64,000 nt of DNA from Octopus sinensis (GCF_006345805.1 NC_043006.1:71114001-71178000), one strand, 5' to 3'; shown: positions 1 through 13,516, numbered from the stretch's first letter. Program-made: numbers and translations. The notes: a model not told the origin generated them from the letters alone.

Positions 1-14
1 TTCTTTATTTTATC

Positions 15-876
15 AAACTGGTACTCTGTCGGGTACGACAAGTGTTCCAGTCGATCTGATCAACGGAACAGCCTGTCCGTGAAATTAACATGCAAGTGGC
101 TGAGCACTCCACAGGTACGGGTACACTTATAGTATTTCCCAGGCAGATTCAGTGTGACACAGAATGTGACAAGGCTGGCCCTTTGAAATACAGGTACAAC
201 TCATTTTTTGCCAGCTGAGTGGACTAGAGCAACGTGAAATAAAGTATCTTATTTCTTTATTGCCCACAAGGGGCTAAACATAGTAGGAGACAAACAAGGG
301 CAGACAAAGGGATTAAATCGATTACATCAACCCCAGTGCGTTACTGGTGCTTAATTTATCGACCCCAAAAGGATGAAAGGCAAAGTCGACCTCGGCGGAA
401 TTTGAACTCAGAACGTAACGGCAGACGAAATACCTATTTCTTTACTACCCACAGAGAGGACAAACAAGGACAGATAAACGGATTAAATCAATTATATCGA
501 CCCCAGTGCGTAACTGGTACTTAATTTATCGACCCCGAATGGATGAAAGGCAAAGTCGACATCGGCGGAATTTGAACTCAGAACGTAGCGGCAGACGAAA
601 TACCGCTAAGCATTTTGCCCGGCGTGCTAACGTTTCTGCCAGCCCGCCGCCTTTTGGCGTGGAGTTTAGGTGTTTCGCTCATAAACACACACATCGCCCG
701 GTCTGAGATTCGAACCTGCGATATCTCGACTGTGAGTCCGCTGCTCTAATCACTAGGCCGTATGCCTCCACTGAAATAAAGTATCTTGCTGAAGGACAGA
801 ACGCGCCGCCGGGAATCGAACTCCCGACCTTACGATCGTGTTCCGAATACCCTAACCCACTAAGCCTCGTGCCTTC
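15..876 (-). mobile_element. tRNA-derived CORE-like SINE (family D), split by a nested insertion at 251-771
   Basis: Body 15-250 and tRNA-like head 772-876 match the intact copy at 17085-17405. The halves are separated by a 16-bp duplication tgaaataaagtatctt (235-250, 772-787). Confidence 0.85.
251..771 (-). mobile_element. Composite SINE: family B tRNA head fused to a family A dimer
   Basis: 655-771 is the reverse complement of the head of the B copy at 11825. 251-654 holds two A monomers (gaggtcgactttgcctttcatcc...). The whole unit is flanked by the 16-bp TSD. Confidence 0.85.
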
Positions 877-1295
877 GCCCATTATCAAACTATTTGCAGC
901 AGATTTATCATGTTTACATGAAGCGTTATGAAAATTACTTCAATCCCCTTTGTCGAGTTATCACCCCATCATTTTCACTCGATACAGAAAATAACAATTA
1001 CGGAATACAAAAGAATCTGTTTTTCTGCCATGTAGTCACATGATCACTGTTTCGTGCTGAGCTGCACGGCTTTTATATCTCTACACTTTGGAACCTGTTT
1101 CTGTCTAGGAGTTGCTTTGTTATTCTCTGTCACATTCAAATCTTCTTCATAAAGCAGCAATAGAAAAATCCTTAAACAAAAAAAAAGGTTCATTGTCCAT
1201 ATTTGGCAAAGGTTAGGTTCCGAAATAAAATGTTCGTAAACATTTAGCTTAACCTTCCATGAGCATAAACATTTGATAAGTCTGATGGATTAAAG

Positions 1296-1440
1296 CAGTG
1301 GTTCTCAACAGGAGCCCATAAGGCCCCTCAGGGTCCACATCATATTTTGAAGGGTCCACATAACAAAACAGTAAATTGGGAATCCACAATCGTATTTTAA
1401 GGGCCCCTGAAAAAAATTTTGCTTTAGACATTTAATTTTA
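1296..1440 (+). mobile_element. hAT-like non-autonomous element, left end only
   Basis: Starts CAGTGGTTCTCAAC, a typical hAT/Charlie terminus. No matching right TIR was found. Confidence 0.45.
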
Positions 1441-2216
1441 CAACAGTTGTATAAATCCTATGCAATCTTGCAATTTACTTTATCAGAGCTTTAATATGTA
1501 TTATTGTATTTATTGCGTGACACTGATGAAGTGAAGTGTAATATTGTATGATGTTTCAACAACTGTTATGTAATTGATACGGCATTTCGTTGAAACACAC
1601 GTATGTTCTATAAAGCAATGAATACTATACCTGTTTTCTGTAAAGTATTATTGTTTCTATTATTTGGTTCGTATTCTGCACACTAGCCTACCCTGAGGTT
1701 GATGTACCGCATCGTAGTACCCTATTGGTATGTATTGCAAGAAACAACAAGGTTTCTTTCTCGAACACACAAAAACCCGTTAGTTTCATTTCAACATTTA
1801 GCTTTCACACAAATGAAAATTAAATGTTGAAGTGAAACAAACGTTTTTTGTGTGTTCTTCAATGGCTTACAAAATTTCTCCTACGCTGCAATTGTTTTTG
1901 TTTCAGCACACGATCTCCGATCAAGTCACTTGCGATGCAAGTACATCTCCGTAACTTTATTTCTATTATTCCGTCGTTCGAACTATCTCTCAACTGATAA
2001 CGGTCTGGACCTCTTACGTGGATGGTGTGTGCATGCATATACGTGTAAATGTAAGCGCGCGCATTTGTATATTTAACCTTTGTATCTCAGTAACAGACTA
2101 TTTCCCAAAATGTTGAACAATTTGATACTAAATGGATCCATGCAGTTGCGAAACGAGCTCCTAATTTACAATACAGCTTGATTTAAGACCGTATTTATAC
2201 AATAAGGTTAATAATT

Positions 2217-4595
2217 CAGTTAGTTAGTTAGTTAATTTGGCTCAAAAGCAAGTAGCAAGGCCATGTAGGGGGACATGGAGTTAAGTACAGGGTGGTGTTC
2301 ATGTAAAGAGTTCAGGCCACTTGAGGTCAAGGGAGGCTTTGAACAAAGCGGTCGTCGGCATCTTCACCATCTCGTCTGGCAGCTTGTTCCACGGATCCGC
2401 AACCCGGACGGAGAAAGCTCCTCTCCTTCGATTGAGATGAAATCGTCGCAGGCAGAGCTTTTCGGAATGACCCCGCAGCCGACGCTCTGGAGCAGGAGTG
2501 AAGAACAGCTCTTTCGAGAGGTTACACTTTCCACTTATGATGTTGTGGGCGAGAATGAGATCACCACGGCGGCGGCGTTTTTCAAGAGAATAAAGGTCGA
2601 GCGTCCTCAGCCTTTCTTCATAGGACAAATTTTTGAGACCATGAACCATGCGGGTAGCCAGCTTCTGGACTCTTTCGAGATGCTGTATGTCTTTGAGGAG
2701 ATAAGGAGAAGAGGCTTGAATCCCGTACTCCAATATGGGTCTCACCAGCGTGACATAGAGTGGTAGGAATATGGCTGTTGTGAGCATTCCGAATGACCGT
2801 CGAATCAAGAACAGAATTCCGCGTGCTTTGTTGGCAGCATGGACGCACTGGGCCGAAGGCGAAAAGGAGGAATGCACCAAGATACCCAGGTCCTTTACCT
2901 GATCGGTCCTCTCCAGCAGCAGACGACCCGGCTCGAAATCAAGTTGAGTTGCAGGAGGAGAGCCAACAGGCAGATGACAGCACTTTGACACGTTCAGACA
3001 CAGGTCCCATTCGTTAGACCACTTCCAAATTTGGTGGAGGCATCGACGAAGATCCTCTATATCACCGCGAGGAGCGACCAGTTTGATATCGTCGGCAAAT
3101 AGAAGGGTGTGTTGCGTGAGGTCGTCGGGCAAGTCATTTATGAAGACTAAGAACAATAAGGGCCCAAGCACTGAACCTTGAGGCACGCCACTGCTCGCAC
3201 TGGAGACGTCGGACCGCGAACCATTAACTTGGACTTGGAAGGAGCGATCTGAGAGGAAGGCACCAACCCATCGTACAATATCCGGATGGAAACTATATGC
3301 TTGAAGCTTGACAAGTAATAGGCGGTGGTTTACCGAGTCAAAAGCTTTGGCAAAGTCCAATAAAACGATGTCAACAGCATCACTATCATCGAGGATGCGC
3401 GTCACCAATTCTTCCATTACCAGTAAGTTGGTCAAGCATGATCTCTCGGCACGAAGCCGTGTTGGGAATCAGAGATAGAGGCTGTGTTTTGGAGGTGGAG
3501 CATCATACTTTTCGTAAGGATGGTTTCGAACATCTTGCTGATTATTGATGTAAGGGAAACCGGTCGGTAGTTAAGCGGGTCTTCGCGGCTCCCTTTCTTG
3601 AAAATTGGGCAGATTATCGCTGTTCTCCAGTCCGCAGGTATAACACCCGTCGCCAATGACATATTGAATAGACGTGTTAAGGGCTCGCAGATGACCGGAG
3701 CCAACGCTTTGATAACCCGTGGGTGTATGCCGTCAGGGCCGTGACCCTTGTTGACATCGAGGCCTTGAATAACACGTTTGACTTCGTCCCGCGTGATGAC
3801 CAATCTAGGCATTGGAGGTACCGATCTATCAAATGGAGGGGGTTCACGACCATCATCTTGTTCGAAAATAGTTGAAAAAGCCTCGGCAAATAATTGACTC
3901 TGTTGATAAGGGTCCTCAATCGATACGCCTGTTGAGTCTACCAACGTTGCAATCTGGTTGTTCAAGCGGGAATTCCGTTGAACATGGGCAAAGAAGGTTT
4001 TTGGATTGCTACTGGCATTTGCCGCGATTTTGTATTCATAACTGAAGCGTTCTTCCTTTTCAATTTTCACGGCTCGGTCTCGCTGAGTTTTGTACACCTC
4101 AAAAGCTGCAGTCGAATCCAGATTTTTGAATTCAGCCCAAGCAATATCTCAGAGTCGACGTTCTCGTTTAACCTTCTTCGTCACCCAGGGCTTGTGTTTC
4201 TTCTTCTTGGGAAGCCCAACGGGAACTGCCTGGTCAGTCAACCAGATTACATATGCTTTGAGGGATGACCATAGTTCGTCAACTGAGGACAACGTCATCA
4301 GGGATCGCCAGTCCAGAAGCGCGGAAGCCTCGGTTAGAATTTCAAGATTAATTGCAGAGAAGACTCTACGTGGGCGTAGAAAAAGTTGTGTGCATGACGA
4401 ACTTCAGGACCGCATGATCACTCTTGACAAGAGGGGCGCACACAGATACGTCTGACACTGATCTTGGATAGCGGGAGAATACCAGATCCAGCATAGATGG
4501 CTGCTGCCCAGACCGATGCCTTGTCGGATATTCAACATGTTGCGATAGAAAACAATCTTCAGCCACGTCAAGAAGGGCCTTTTTCAAATTGAAGT
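2217..4595 (-). mobile_element. 5'-truncated CR1-like non-LTR retrotransposon (end of APE endonuclease plus RT) with (TAAC)n tail
   Basis: ORF pieces contain PTR..LDL (endonuclease end), NYRPVSLTS, LDFAKAFDSV, GVPQGSVLGPLLF and FADD. A short 3' UTR ends in aactaactaactaact at ~2219-2236. Confidence 0.92.
2299..4587 (-). pseudogene. Frameshifted LINE ORF2 reverse transcriptase
   Basis: Three offset ORFs (4366-4587, 3432-4097, 2299-3435) form one collinear ORF2 with frameshifts. Confidence 0.9.
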
Positions 4596-4896
4596 GTGAT
4601 CAATATTTCTCCCGTTCAATTTGTGGCTTGTTCATGTTTGACACCAACAGTATTGTCCTCAGAAAATAGAGCTTTCTTATGCATAGGACTATTAACATTG
4701 CTCCCTAAAACAAAGTCCATTTGTTTGAAACGTTAAACATTGTCCAACAAGACAGGGTCGCTTGAAGGTTTGGGACCATCGATATTGCACTCTAAATATG
4801 GGGTTTAAATTTGAGATAGTCAATATTGTCATTAAAATTGGGATCATCATATGTCCAAGTCTAGTCAAAAAGTCTCTAACATTGAGGTCGCCAATG

Positions 4897-5108
4897 TTGG
4901 TTCCAAATTTTGGCACAAGGCCAGCAATTTTAGGGGAGGGGTAAATCAATTATATCGACCCCAGTGTTCCACTGGTACTTATTTTATTGACTCCTAAAAG
5001 ATGAAAGGCAAACTCGACCTCGGTGGAATTAGAACCCAGAACATAGATTGACGAAATACTGCGAAGCATTTTTGCCCAACATGCTAACGACTCTGCCAAA
5101 TCGCTGCC
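4897..5108 (-). mobile_element. SINE family A (tRNA head plus Meta/MESC-like central domain)
   Basis: Reverse complement reads ggcagcgatttggcagagtcgttagc...gaggtcgagtttgcctttcatct...gtaccagtgg...ggccttgtgccaaaatttgg. Confidence 0.85.
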
Positions 5109-5639
5109 CTAGAGACCGCCAATGTTTCCCACAAGAATAAGAGCCCTTTTATACACAAAACCAGCGATATTGCAAAAACGTAGAAGAGAAGGTCGTAAAA
5201 AGACGATATTCTTCAAGTTATGATGGTTAACGAGCAATTAATGAATTAATAATTATCATTTTAATGTAAATTTCATGAATTGATAATTAGTATTAAATGA
5301 ATAATTTCATATATTTAATTATCATTACGAAGTTTCTCATGGCCAACACATACACGCACACACACATGTCCACGAACACATGCGCGCACACACACACATG
5401 CACATACAGGCGCACACATATACAAGTACATACATATACATGTATATAAACATACACGCATGCATCCATATGTGTGTTTGTATACATACACATACACTTT
5501 TATCTTGTTCTGTATTGTGTGTATTTTCGTCTTTTTAGTAAAGTCTAGCGTATACAAACACAAACGCACACACACGCACGCACACACATACACACACATA
5601 CACACACGCACACACACGCTCAGTTATAAATATATACTC

Positions 5640-5960
5640 TTTTACTCTTTTACTTGTTTCAGTCGAGCAATTCGACCCCGGGACTTATTCTTTGTAAGCC
5701 CAGTACTTATTCTATCGGTCTATTTTGCCGAACCGCTATGTGACGGGGACGTAAACACACCAGCATCAGTTGTCAAGCAATGCTATGGGGACAAACACAG
5801 ACACACAAACACACACACATACACGAAATCCACTCACTAGGCATTGGTCGGTCCGGGGCTATAGCAGAAGACACTTGCCCAAGATGCCACGCAGTGGGAC
5901 TGAACCCGGAACCATGTGGCTGGTTAGCAAACTACTTACCACACAGCCACTCCTGCGCCT
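5640..5960 (-). mobile_element. SINE family C (CORE-like, OR-type octopus SINE)
   Basis: Head ggcgcaggagtggctgtgtggtaagtag, CORE-like cttgggcaagtgtcttc and 3' gaataagtcccggggtcg, all on the minus strand. Confidence 0.85.
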
Positions 5961-5966
5961 ATATAT

Positions 5967-6115
<149 letters not shown>

Positions 6116-6134
6116 GTATATAATTTTATTATCT

Positions 6135-6335
6135 TTTACTTGTTTCAGTCATTAGACTGCGGCCATGCTGGAGCAGCACCTTGAAAGGTTTTAGTTGAAT
6201 GAATCGCGCCTAGAACGATTTTTAAAACCAAGCACTTATTCTGCCAGTCTCTCATGCGGACTCGGTAAGTTGTACGGATGTAATCAAACCAACACCAGTT
6301 GTCAAGTGGTGGGGACAAACACAAACACAAACTCA
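6135..6335 (-). mobile_element. SINE family C, 3' half
   Basis: ttgtttcagtcattagactgcggccatgctggagcagcacc...ggggacaaacac. Confidence 0.8.
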
Positions 6336-6424
6336 CACACAGATATATATATATATATATACATCATCATATAATACATGTATATATATATACATACATA
6401 CATACATACATACATACATGCATG

Positions 6425-6474
<50 letters not shown>

Positions 6475-6624
6475 ATATACATATACACACACACATATAT
6501 ATATATATATATACATCATCATATAATACATGTATATATATACATGTATATATATATATATACATGCATACATACATACATACATACATACATACATACA
6601 TACATACATACATACATGCATGCA

Positions 6625-6656
<32 letters not shown>

Positions 6657-6659
6657 CCC

Positions 6660-7440
<781 letters not shown>

Positions 7441-8408
7441 GCCAACGGTACACACGAGGTCCGGGCTGCTTTAGTAAATCTTTGTAGCAGCTTGATTTAA
7501 GCCTGATAAGTTTAGCGGACAAAATAGAGGCTCACTTTGGTGCAGTGGTTAATACACTTACATGGTTGAGAGGAAAGGGGCGTTTGAAATATCTTTAAAA
7601 TTTTTGTGTGACTTAACTGTAAGAGGAAATAATAAGAATTAAATACATTCGCGCTATACTTTTCATGTGAGGGGAGAGAGAGAGAGAGAGAGAGCACGTT
7701 TCATAAATTTTTGACCGTTCATCAGCGAAAATGTATCCACGTTTATCTCCCACCGAATTTATGGAATATTCAGGAACTCGTGATAGCCACTGATTCTGAT
7801 TCACATTGTGTTGTGCATATATATATATATATAATATATATATATATATATTATATATATATTGCTTAAGTAATGAGAAGCTGTCAAAAATAAGAAATAT
7901 TACAATTAAGCTATTCCCTACGGTGCTTGCTTAATTTCTCTTAGCTTTTATGCGTAGCTCCTGAATATTCTATAATTTCGGTGGCAAAAAATCGGTCACG
8001 TCTCCCCCCAAAAATATTTCACAAGCTGTGAAATAGAATAGTCAGGAGTGTATTCTATGTACATGGAAAGTATAGCTTTGAGTGTGTTTACATTACTATA
8101 ATTTCCTCTCGCAACTAAGGCTTTCAAATAGTTAGATTTAGTTTGATTTTTCTGATTAATGTTCATTTGTGCAAATATACATGCATGCCTACATACATGC
8201 GCACTCGCACACTCATATAACAAATACGAGTGCAACTTATAAACATGAATTACGTTGTGCAATTATCTTTTAGGATACAATTGACTACAATTTGTTTCGT
8301 GAAGGTATACCATATCTATAGAGGGCACTCTTCAGACCGACCTGGGGGCTGTAAAAATGCCTTTTTTTGCAAAATATGTATTTTGATTTTGAAATGGATT
8401 GGAAAATA

Positions 8409-8455
8409 GACGGTCTGATGACTGCTTATCTGGCCGAAACTTCGAAATCACTGTC
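8409..8455 (+). ncRNA. Minimal type-I hammerhead ribozyme motif (partly decayed)
   Basis: gacggt CTGATGA [14 nt] GAAAC ttcgaa ATC actgtc; 6-bp stem I, palindromic stem III, poor stem II. Confidence 0.55.
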
Positions 8456-8584
8456 AATATCATTCTTCTTAAAGAATAATAATTTTGTACTCTACCAAAT
8501 GTATTGAGTAATTCTTCAATTTAATGTAAAATTTGTTTTTATTATAAAATATAATAAACATTTATATATATATATATAGATATA

Positions 8585-8662
<78 letters not shown>

Positions 8663-8665
<3 letters not shown>

Positions 8666-8860
8666 CGGGAAGCTTTATGAAAATAAACAAAAGACGAAGG
8701 CAGGTGGAATACAAACAAACAATTGTATTAGTATGGCGCTCAGGAATATAAATAAAACAAGTCTTTTACGTTTCGAGCCTATGCTCTTCAACAGAAAGAT
8801 ACACAGAAAAGAAACACAGAAAGAAACAAGGAGAGAAAAAAAATGCGTGCAGAGGCTAGC
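8663..8860 (-). mobile_element. Short Penelope-derived unit with variant hammerhead motif (8763-8798)
   Basis: Near-identical to 47864-48058; abuts (TA)n; cttt CTGTTGA a gagc-atag-gctc GAAAC GTA aaag. Confidence 0.7.
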
Positions 8861-9291
8861 GAAAAATCGACCAATGAAAACATTACATCAATTTGAAAGA
8901 AACCGCTCTCCTCAGATGAAGATGACCTTATAGATTTCGAACATAAAGGATAAACCATTTTTAGCAAAATTTATATCAGTACTAGAAACCAGAATAATTG
9001 CATTATTTCCTTATGTTATATTTGTGGCAGAACCTTGGAAATCTATATGATCAACTGCGTCTGAGGAGTGTGGTTTCTTTCAAATTGATGTAATGTTTTC
9101 ATTGATCGATTAAATGGAGCCGCTTGAAACGGCCGTAATGCACTGATATCTGGACATCCTTGTTACTTATTTGCTTTTTGTTCACCTAACATCGATCTGC
9201 GCGGACTATACCGAACTGGCTTGGGGCCTCAATTTAAGTACCTAGTCCAAATGAATCTTAATTATATACATACATACATACATACATACAT

Positions 9292-9359
<68 letters not shown>

Positions 9360-9376
9360 GTATATATATCTATATC

Positions 9377-9407
<31 letters not shown>

Positions 9408-9641
9408 GTATGCATATATATGTATGCAATATATGTATATATATATATATATACATACACACATATATATATATACATATACATTTATATATATATAAAT
9501 GTGTATGTATATATGTACATATCGGTTATCAAGCGATGGTGGGGGACAAACACAAACACATACACATACACATACATACACATACATATATATATGGCAA
9601 ATGAAAAACGGAAGATGGAATATACGAGAATTTATTAATAT

Positions 9642-9745
9642 TCACGACAATTATTTCGACGCATCTAGCATCGATCCCTCATAGATGGGACACTCAACAA
9701 CTAGTTCAGGTGCATCCGGCGGTGCAGATGTACCTCGTCGGGTGA
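9642..9745 (-). ncRNA. Type-I hammerhead-like motif, CCGACGA core, long stem II
   Basis: tcac CCGACGA ggtacatctg...tagatgcgtc GAAA taatt GTC gtga. Confidence 0.55.
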
Positions 9746-10061
9746 TAAATAAATACAACACGTTAAAATAATAGTTCCACAATGTAACTTCTCGTTTTGT
9801 AGAAAGTAAAGCAGCCAGACGGAGGAAATATCTTCATTTATATAGAAGATCAAAAATAAAATCACAGATGGCAAAAAGAGAAACGAACACGCAATTCAGT
9901 GCGAAAAGTATTAAAAATAACTGTTAACGAATATAGATGTATAAACGTCCTCAGGTAAGCTGCATGGCATGGATACACTCGCTCCTACAAGCGTGGCCGC
10001 AGTCAAATGATTGCGGCCACACTGGAACACCACCTTGAACTATATGTCTATATAAATAAAA

Positions 10062-10330
10062 GGAGCACTCCGTCGGTTACGACGGCGAGGGTTCCAGCTC
10101 ATACGATCAACGGAACAGCTTGCTCGTGAAATTAACGTGCAAGTGACTGAGCAATCCACAGACACGTGTACCCCTAACGTAGTTCTCAGGGAGATTCAGC
10201 GTGACACAGAGTGTGACAAGGCCGGCCCTTTGAAATACAAGTACAACTCATTTTTGCCAGTTGAGTAGACTGGAGCAACAACCTTACAATCGTGAGTCGA
10301 ATGCCCTAACCACTAAGCCACGCGCTTAAC
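10062..10330 (-). mobile_element. SINE family D with internal deletion
   Basis: Matches 17085-17405 (caacggaacagcttgctcgtgaaattaacgtgcaag...). Confidence 0.85.
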
Positions 10331-10782
10331 ATAAAAAGTGTAAAAGCGAGTTTCGAAGGCCGCATCTGCTGAAAACTGCTTAGCTGTTCTAATCACTACA
10401 TCAGTATATACATATACATATACATAAGCCTCTCACGCACACTCTCATGCATGTACATACATCTATGTATGTAAGAATAACAATAATTTTCTTAAGAGAA
10501 TTGAGTTGAGATAGCAGTTGGTAGGAAGCTACGGAAAAAGTGTGTTTGTGTGACATAGGTTGGATATATTTTCTGAAGAATTGTACCTATGGATTTACAT
10601 TTTGGATGTGAGTAGATTATCTGGAGAATTTAATTCCAAATTGAGTCGATAGATATATTTCTAAGTTAATGAATAAAGAACAATCAGGAAAAATTCTTAA
10701 GTTAATTATTATTAAAACAATTAAAACTACAGAAACATCTTAAGCTAACATGTAAGAAACGAGGAACAATAATGACAATAAT

Positions 10783-10783
10783 A

Positions 10784-10852
<69 letters not shown>

Positions 10853-11005
10853 GTGAGGATGATGGTGAGGATGATGATGATGGTGATGATGGTGATGGTG
10901 ATGATGATGATGATGATGATGATAATGGTGGTGGTGATGATAATGATGAAGATGATGATGATGATGATGACGACGACTACGACGACGACGATGATGATGA
11001 TGATG

Positions 11006-11039
<34 letters not shown>

Positions 11040-11250
11040 TAATAATAATAATAATAACAGATAATAATAAGAATGATAATATAAAATATTTATATCAGAC
11101 CAGGGAAGTTTCTTAATTCAACATGTAATAAGTGGAAAAAAGAATCAAGTGAAATTTGAAATCAACGTCGAACGTTAAAAGAACACAGAATGAAAAACAC
11201 GTGACAAGACATGCAGAGCATATGATGAGGAAGATGATGATGACGACGAC

Positions 11251-11282
<32 letters not shown>

Positions 11283-11351
11283 CGATGATGACGATGATGA
11301 CGATGATAACGATGATGATGAAGATGATGATGATGACGACGATGGTGATAG

Positions 11352-11387
<36 letters not shown>

Positions 11388-11547
11388 CGACGATGATGAC
11401 GATGATGACGATGATAACGATGATGATGAAGATGATGATGATGACGACGATGGTGATGATGATGATGATGATGATGATGACGATGATGACGATGATGACG
11501 ATGATGACGATGATGACGATGATGACGATGATAACGATGATGATGAA

Positions 11548-11580
<33 letters not shown>
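10783..11580. repeat. Two long (GAT)n/(GAC)n/(AAT)n arrays
   Basis: 10783-11060 and 11221-11580; these produce the poly-Met and poly-Ser ORFs. Confidence 0.95.
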
Positions 11581-11582
<2 letters not shown>

Positions 11583-11589
11583 AGACAAA

Positions 11590-11760
11590 TGGACAGAAAT
11601 CGTCTTTTACTGAAGAAGGAGTTAGTCGATTAAATCAATACCTGTCTATGACTGGTACTTAATTTAATCGGCCCTCGATAGAATGAAAATTAAAATCAAC
11701 CTCGGTGGGATAAGGTCCTTTACGTTCTGAGTACAAATCCCGCCAATATCAGTAATAGTG
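11590..11760 (-). mobile_element. Degenerate SINE family A
   Basis: actggtacttaatttaatcggccctcgatagaatgaaaattaaaatcaacctcgg. Confidence 0.6.
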
Positions 11761-11824
11761 CGGATTATGTAGAGATATAAAGACGTAAAAAGATAAGGAA
11801 AACAAGAGAGCAGTAAGAGACAGC

Positions 11825-12128
11825 AGTGGAGGCATATGGCCTAGTGGTTAGAGCAGCGGACTCGCAGTCGAGGGATCGCGGGTTCGAATCTCAGACCGGG
11901 CGATGTGTGTGTTTATGAGCGAAACACCTAAGCTCCACACGGCTCCGGCAGAAGGTAATGGTGGAACTTCTGCTGACTCTTTCGCCACAACTTTCTCTCA
12001 ATCTTTCCTCCTGCATCTTGCAGTTCACCTGCGACGGACCGGCGTCCCGTCCAGGTGGGGAACTTATACGCCAAGGAAACTGGGAAACCGGCCCTTATGA
12101 GCCAGGCGTGGCTCGAGAAGGGACAAAC
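11825..12128 (+). mobile_element. SINE family B, full length (tRNA head plus V-domain-like body)
   Basis: A box tggcctagtggttagag and B box gggttcgaatctc; body contains cctgcgacggaccggcgtcccgtccagg. Confidence 0.85.
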
Positions 12129-12129
12129 A

Positions 12130-12660
12130 AAGAAACATCAAGGAGAAAACGACAATACTTTGGATATACGTGTTAATAAACAGATCGGGTGAAGTAGGAA
12201 TGATTAGAGAACAACTAGTTATGTCGAAATAGTTAACGAAGTTAGAGAGCAAGAACATAAGAACTTAAAGATTCGTAATCCTGGGAAAAAGGGAACATAA
12301 TTACATAGGAATCAACTAGAGAAATATTAGATTTCAGATGAAGACTTGTGCATATTAATGAGTATTTCGACAGATTATTTACTGCTCGCGGTTGTTGTTT
12401 GGGGTTGGAGTTTTGCACGGCCGAAATATCCAGTGCATGCATGATGATAAAACGTTCGAAACGCTTTCTTTCCAAAAGAGAAACCTCGACAAAAGTGTAT
12501 TACCAGGTTTTCTGCGAGACATGGTTTCCCGTTATCTGAGAACGATTTGGCCTTTTTAAAATTTTTCTAGTCGGAATACCTATCTGTTTGCCATAGATAA
12601 TCCTTCAAACTTCTTGGATAGATGATGATAACTCAATCCATCTCCTTTATCTATCGTCCA
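12130..12660 (-). mobile_element. Decayed Penelope-like GIY-YIG fragment
   Basis: Minus frame reads YGKQIGIPTRKILKRPNRSQI...LERKRFERFII, resembling the PLE endonuclease C-terminus; contains stops. Confidence 0.4.
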
Positions 12661-13164
12661 AATTACCACCATTCGCTCCTTCCTTCCTTCCTTCCTTCCT
12701 TCCTTCATTTATATGTGTAGTCACAGGCCAACTTGTATACCATATCTACAACAGATCATGACCCTCTTCTGTCTCTAATCGATCAGATATAAAGGCAGCA
12801 CTTCACTCAAAGCTAACCACTTTGATAAATTCTGTTGTAAAGAAACACTGACCATATAGGAACCGACATTGTTATTTTTTTCTTTTCTTAGAAACAACGA
12901 CCACTCTGCATTTATGCATTGAGTACTTTGGACTAAATTCTGTTTTGCTTCGCTTCAAAACGGAAGCAACAAAACATTTATATATACACACACATATATA
13001 CCTAAATCTATACACATACTTACGTTCGTCCATACACGTACACATATAATATGTATGTGGGGGTGCACATGAGATTAATATACTGATACTAAATATGGAA
13101 GCATTTCACACAGAAGCAAACCAAAATTGAATAAACAGATTAAGAAGATTATATAATTATGGCT

Positions 13165-13197
13165 TCTAATTACTATTTGTTATTATTATTATTATTA

Positions 13198-13265
<68 letters not shown>

Positions 13266-13307
13266 TACTATTATTTTATACTATTATTATTTTTATTTAT
13301 TATATTA

Positions 13308-13374
<67 letters not shown>

Positions 13375-13437
13375 TATATTATTCTATTACTATTATTCTT
13401 ATTACTATTACTATTTATTATATTATTATTATTATTA

Positions 13438-13476
<39 letters not shown>

Positions 13477-13516
13477 TACTATTATTCTTATTACTATTAC
13501 TATATTATTATTATTA

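Noticed and set aside
2275-4455. Plus-strand ORFs overlapping the LINE
   Set aside because: Antisense shadows of the RT coding sequence.
7695-7735. CTGATGA...GAAAC on the minus strand
   Set aside because: No credible stem I or stem II.
11825-11900. tRNA-like sequences (also at 700-771, 790-876, 17330-17405)
   Set aside because: They continue into SINE bodies and lack a proper acceptor stem, so they are SINE heads rather than tRNA genes.
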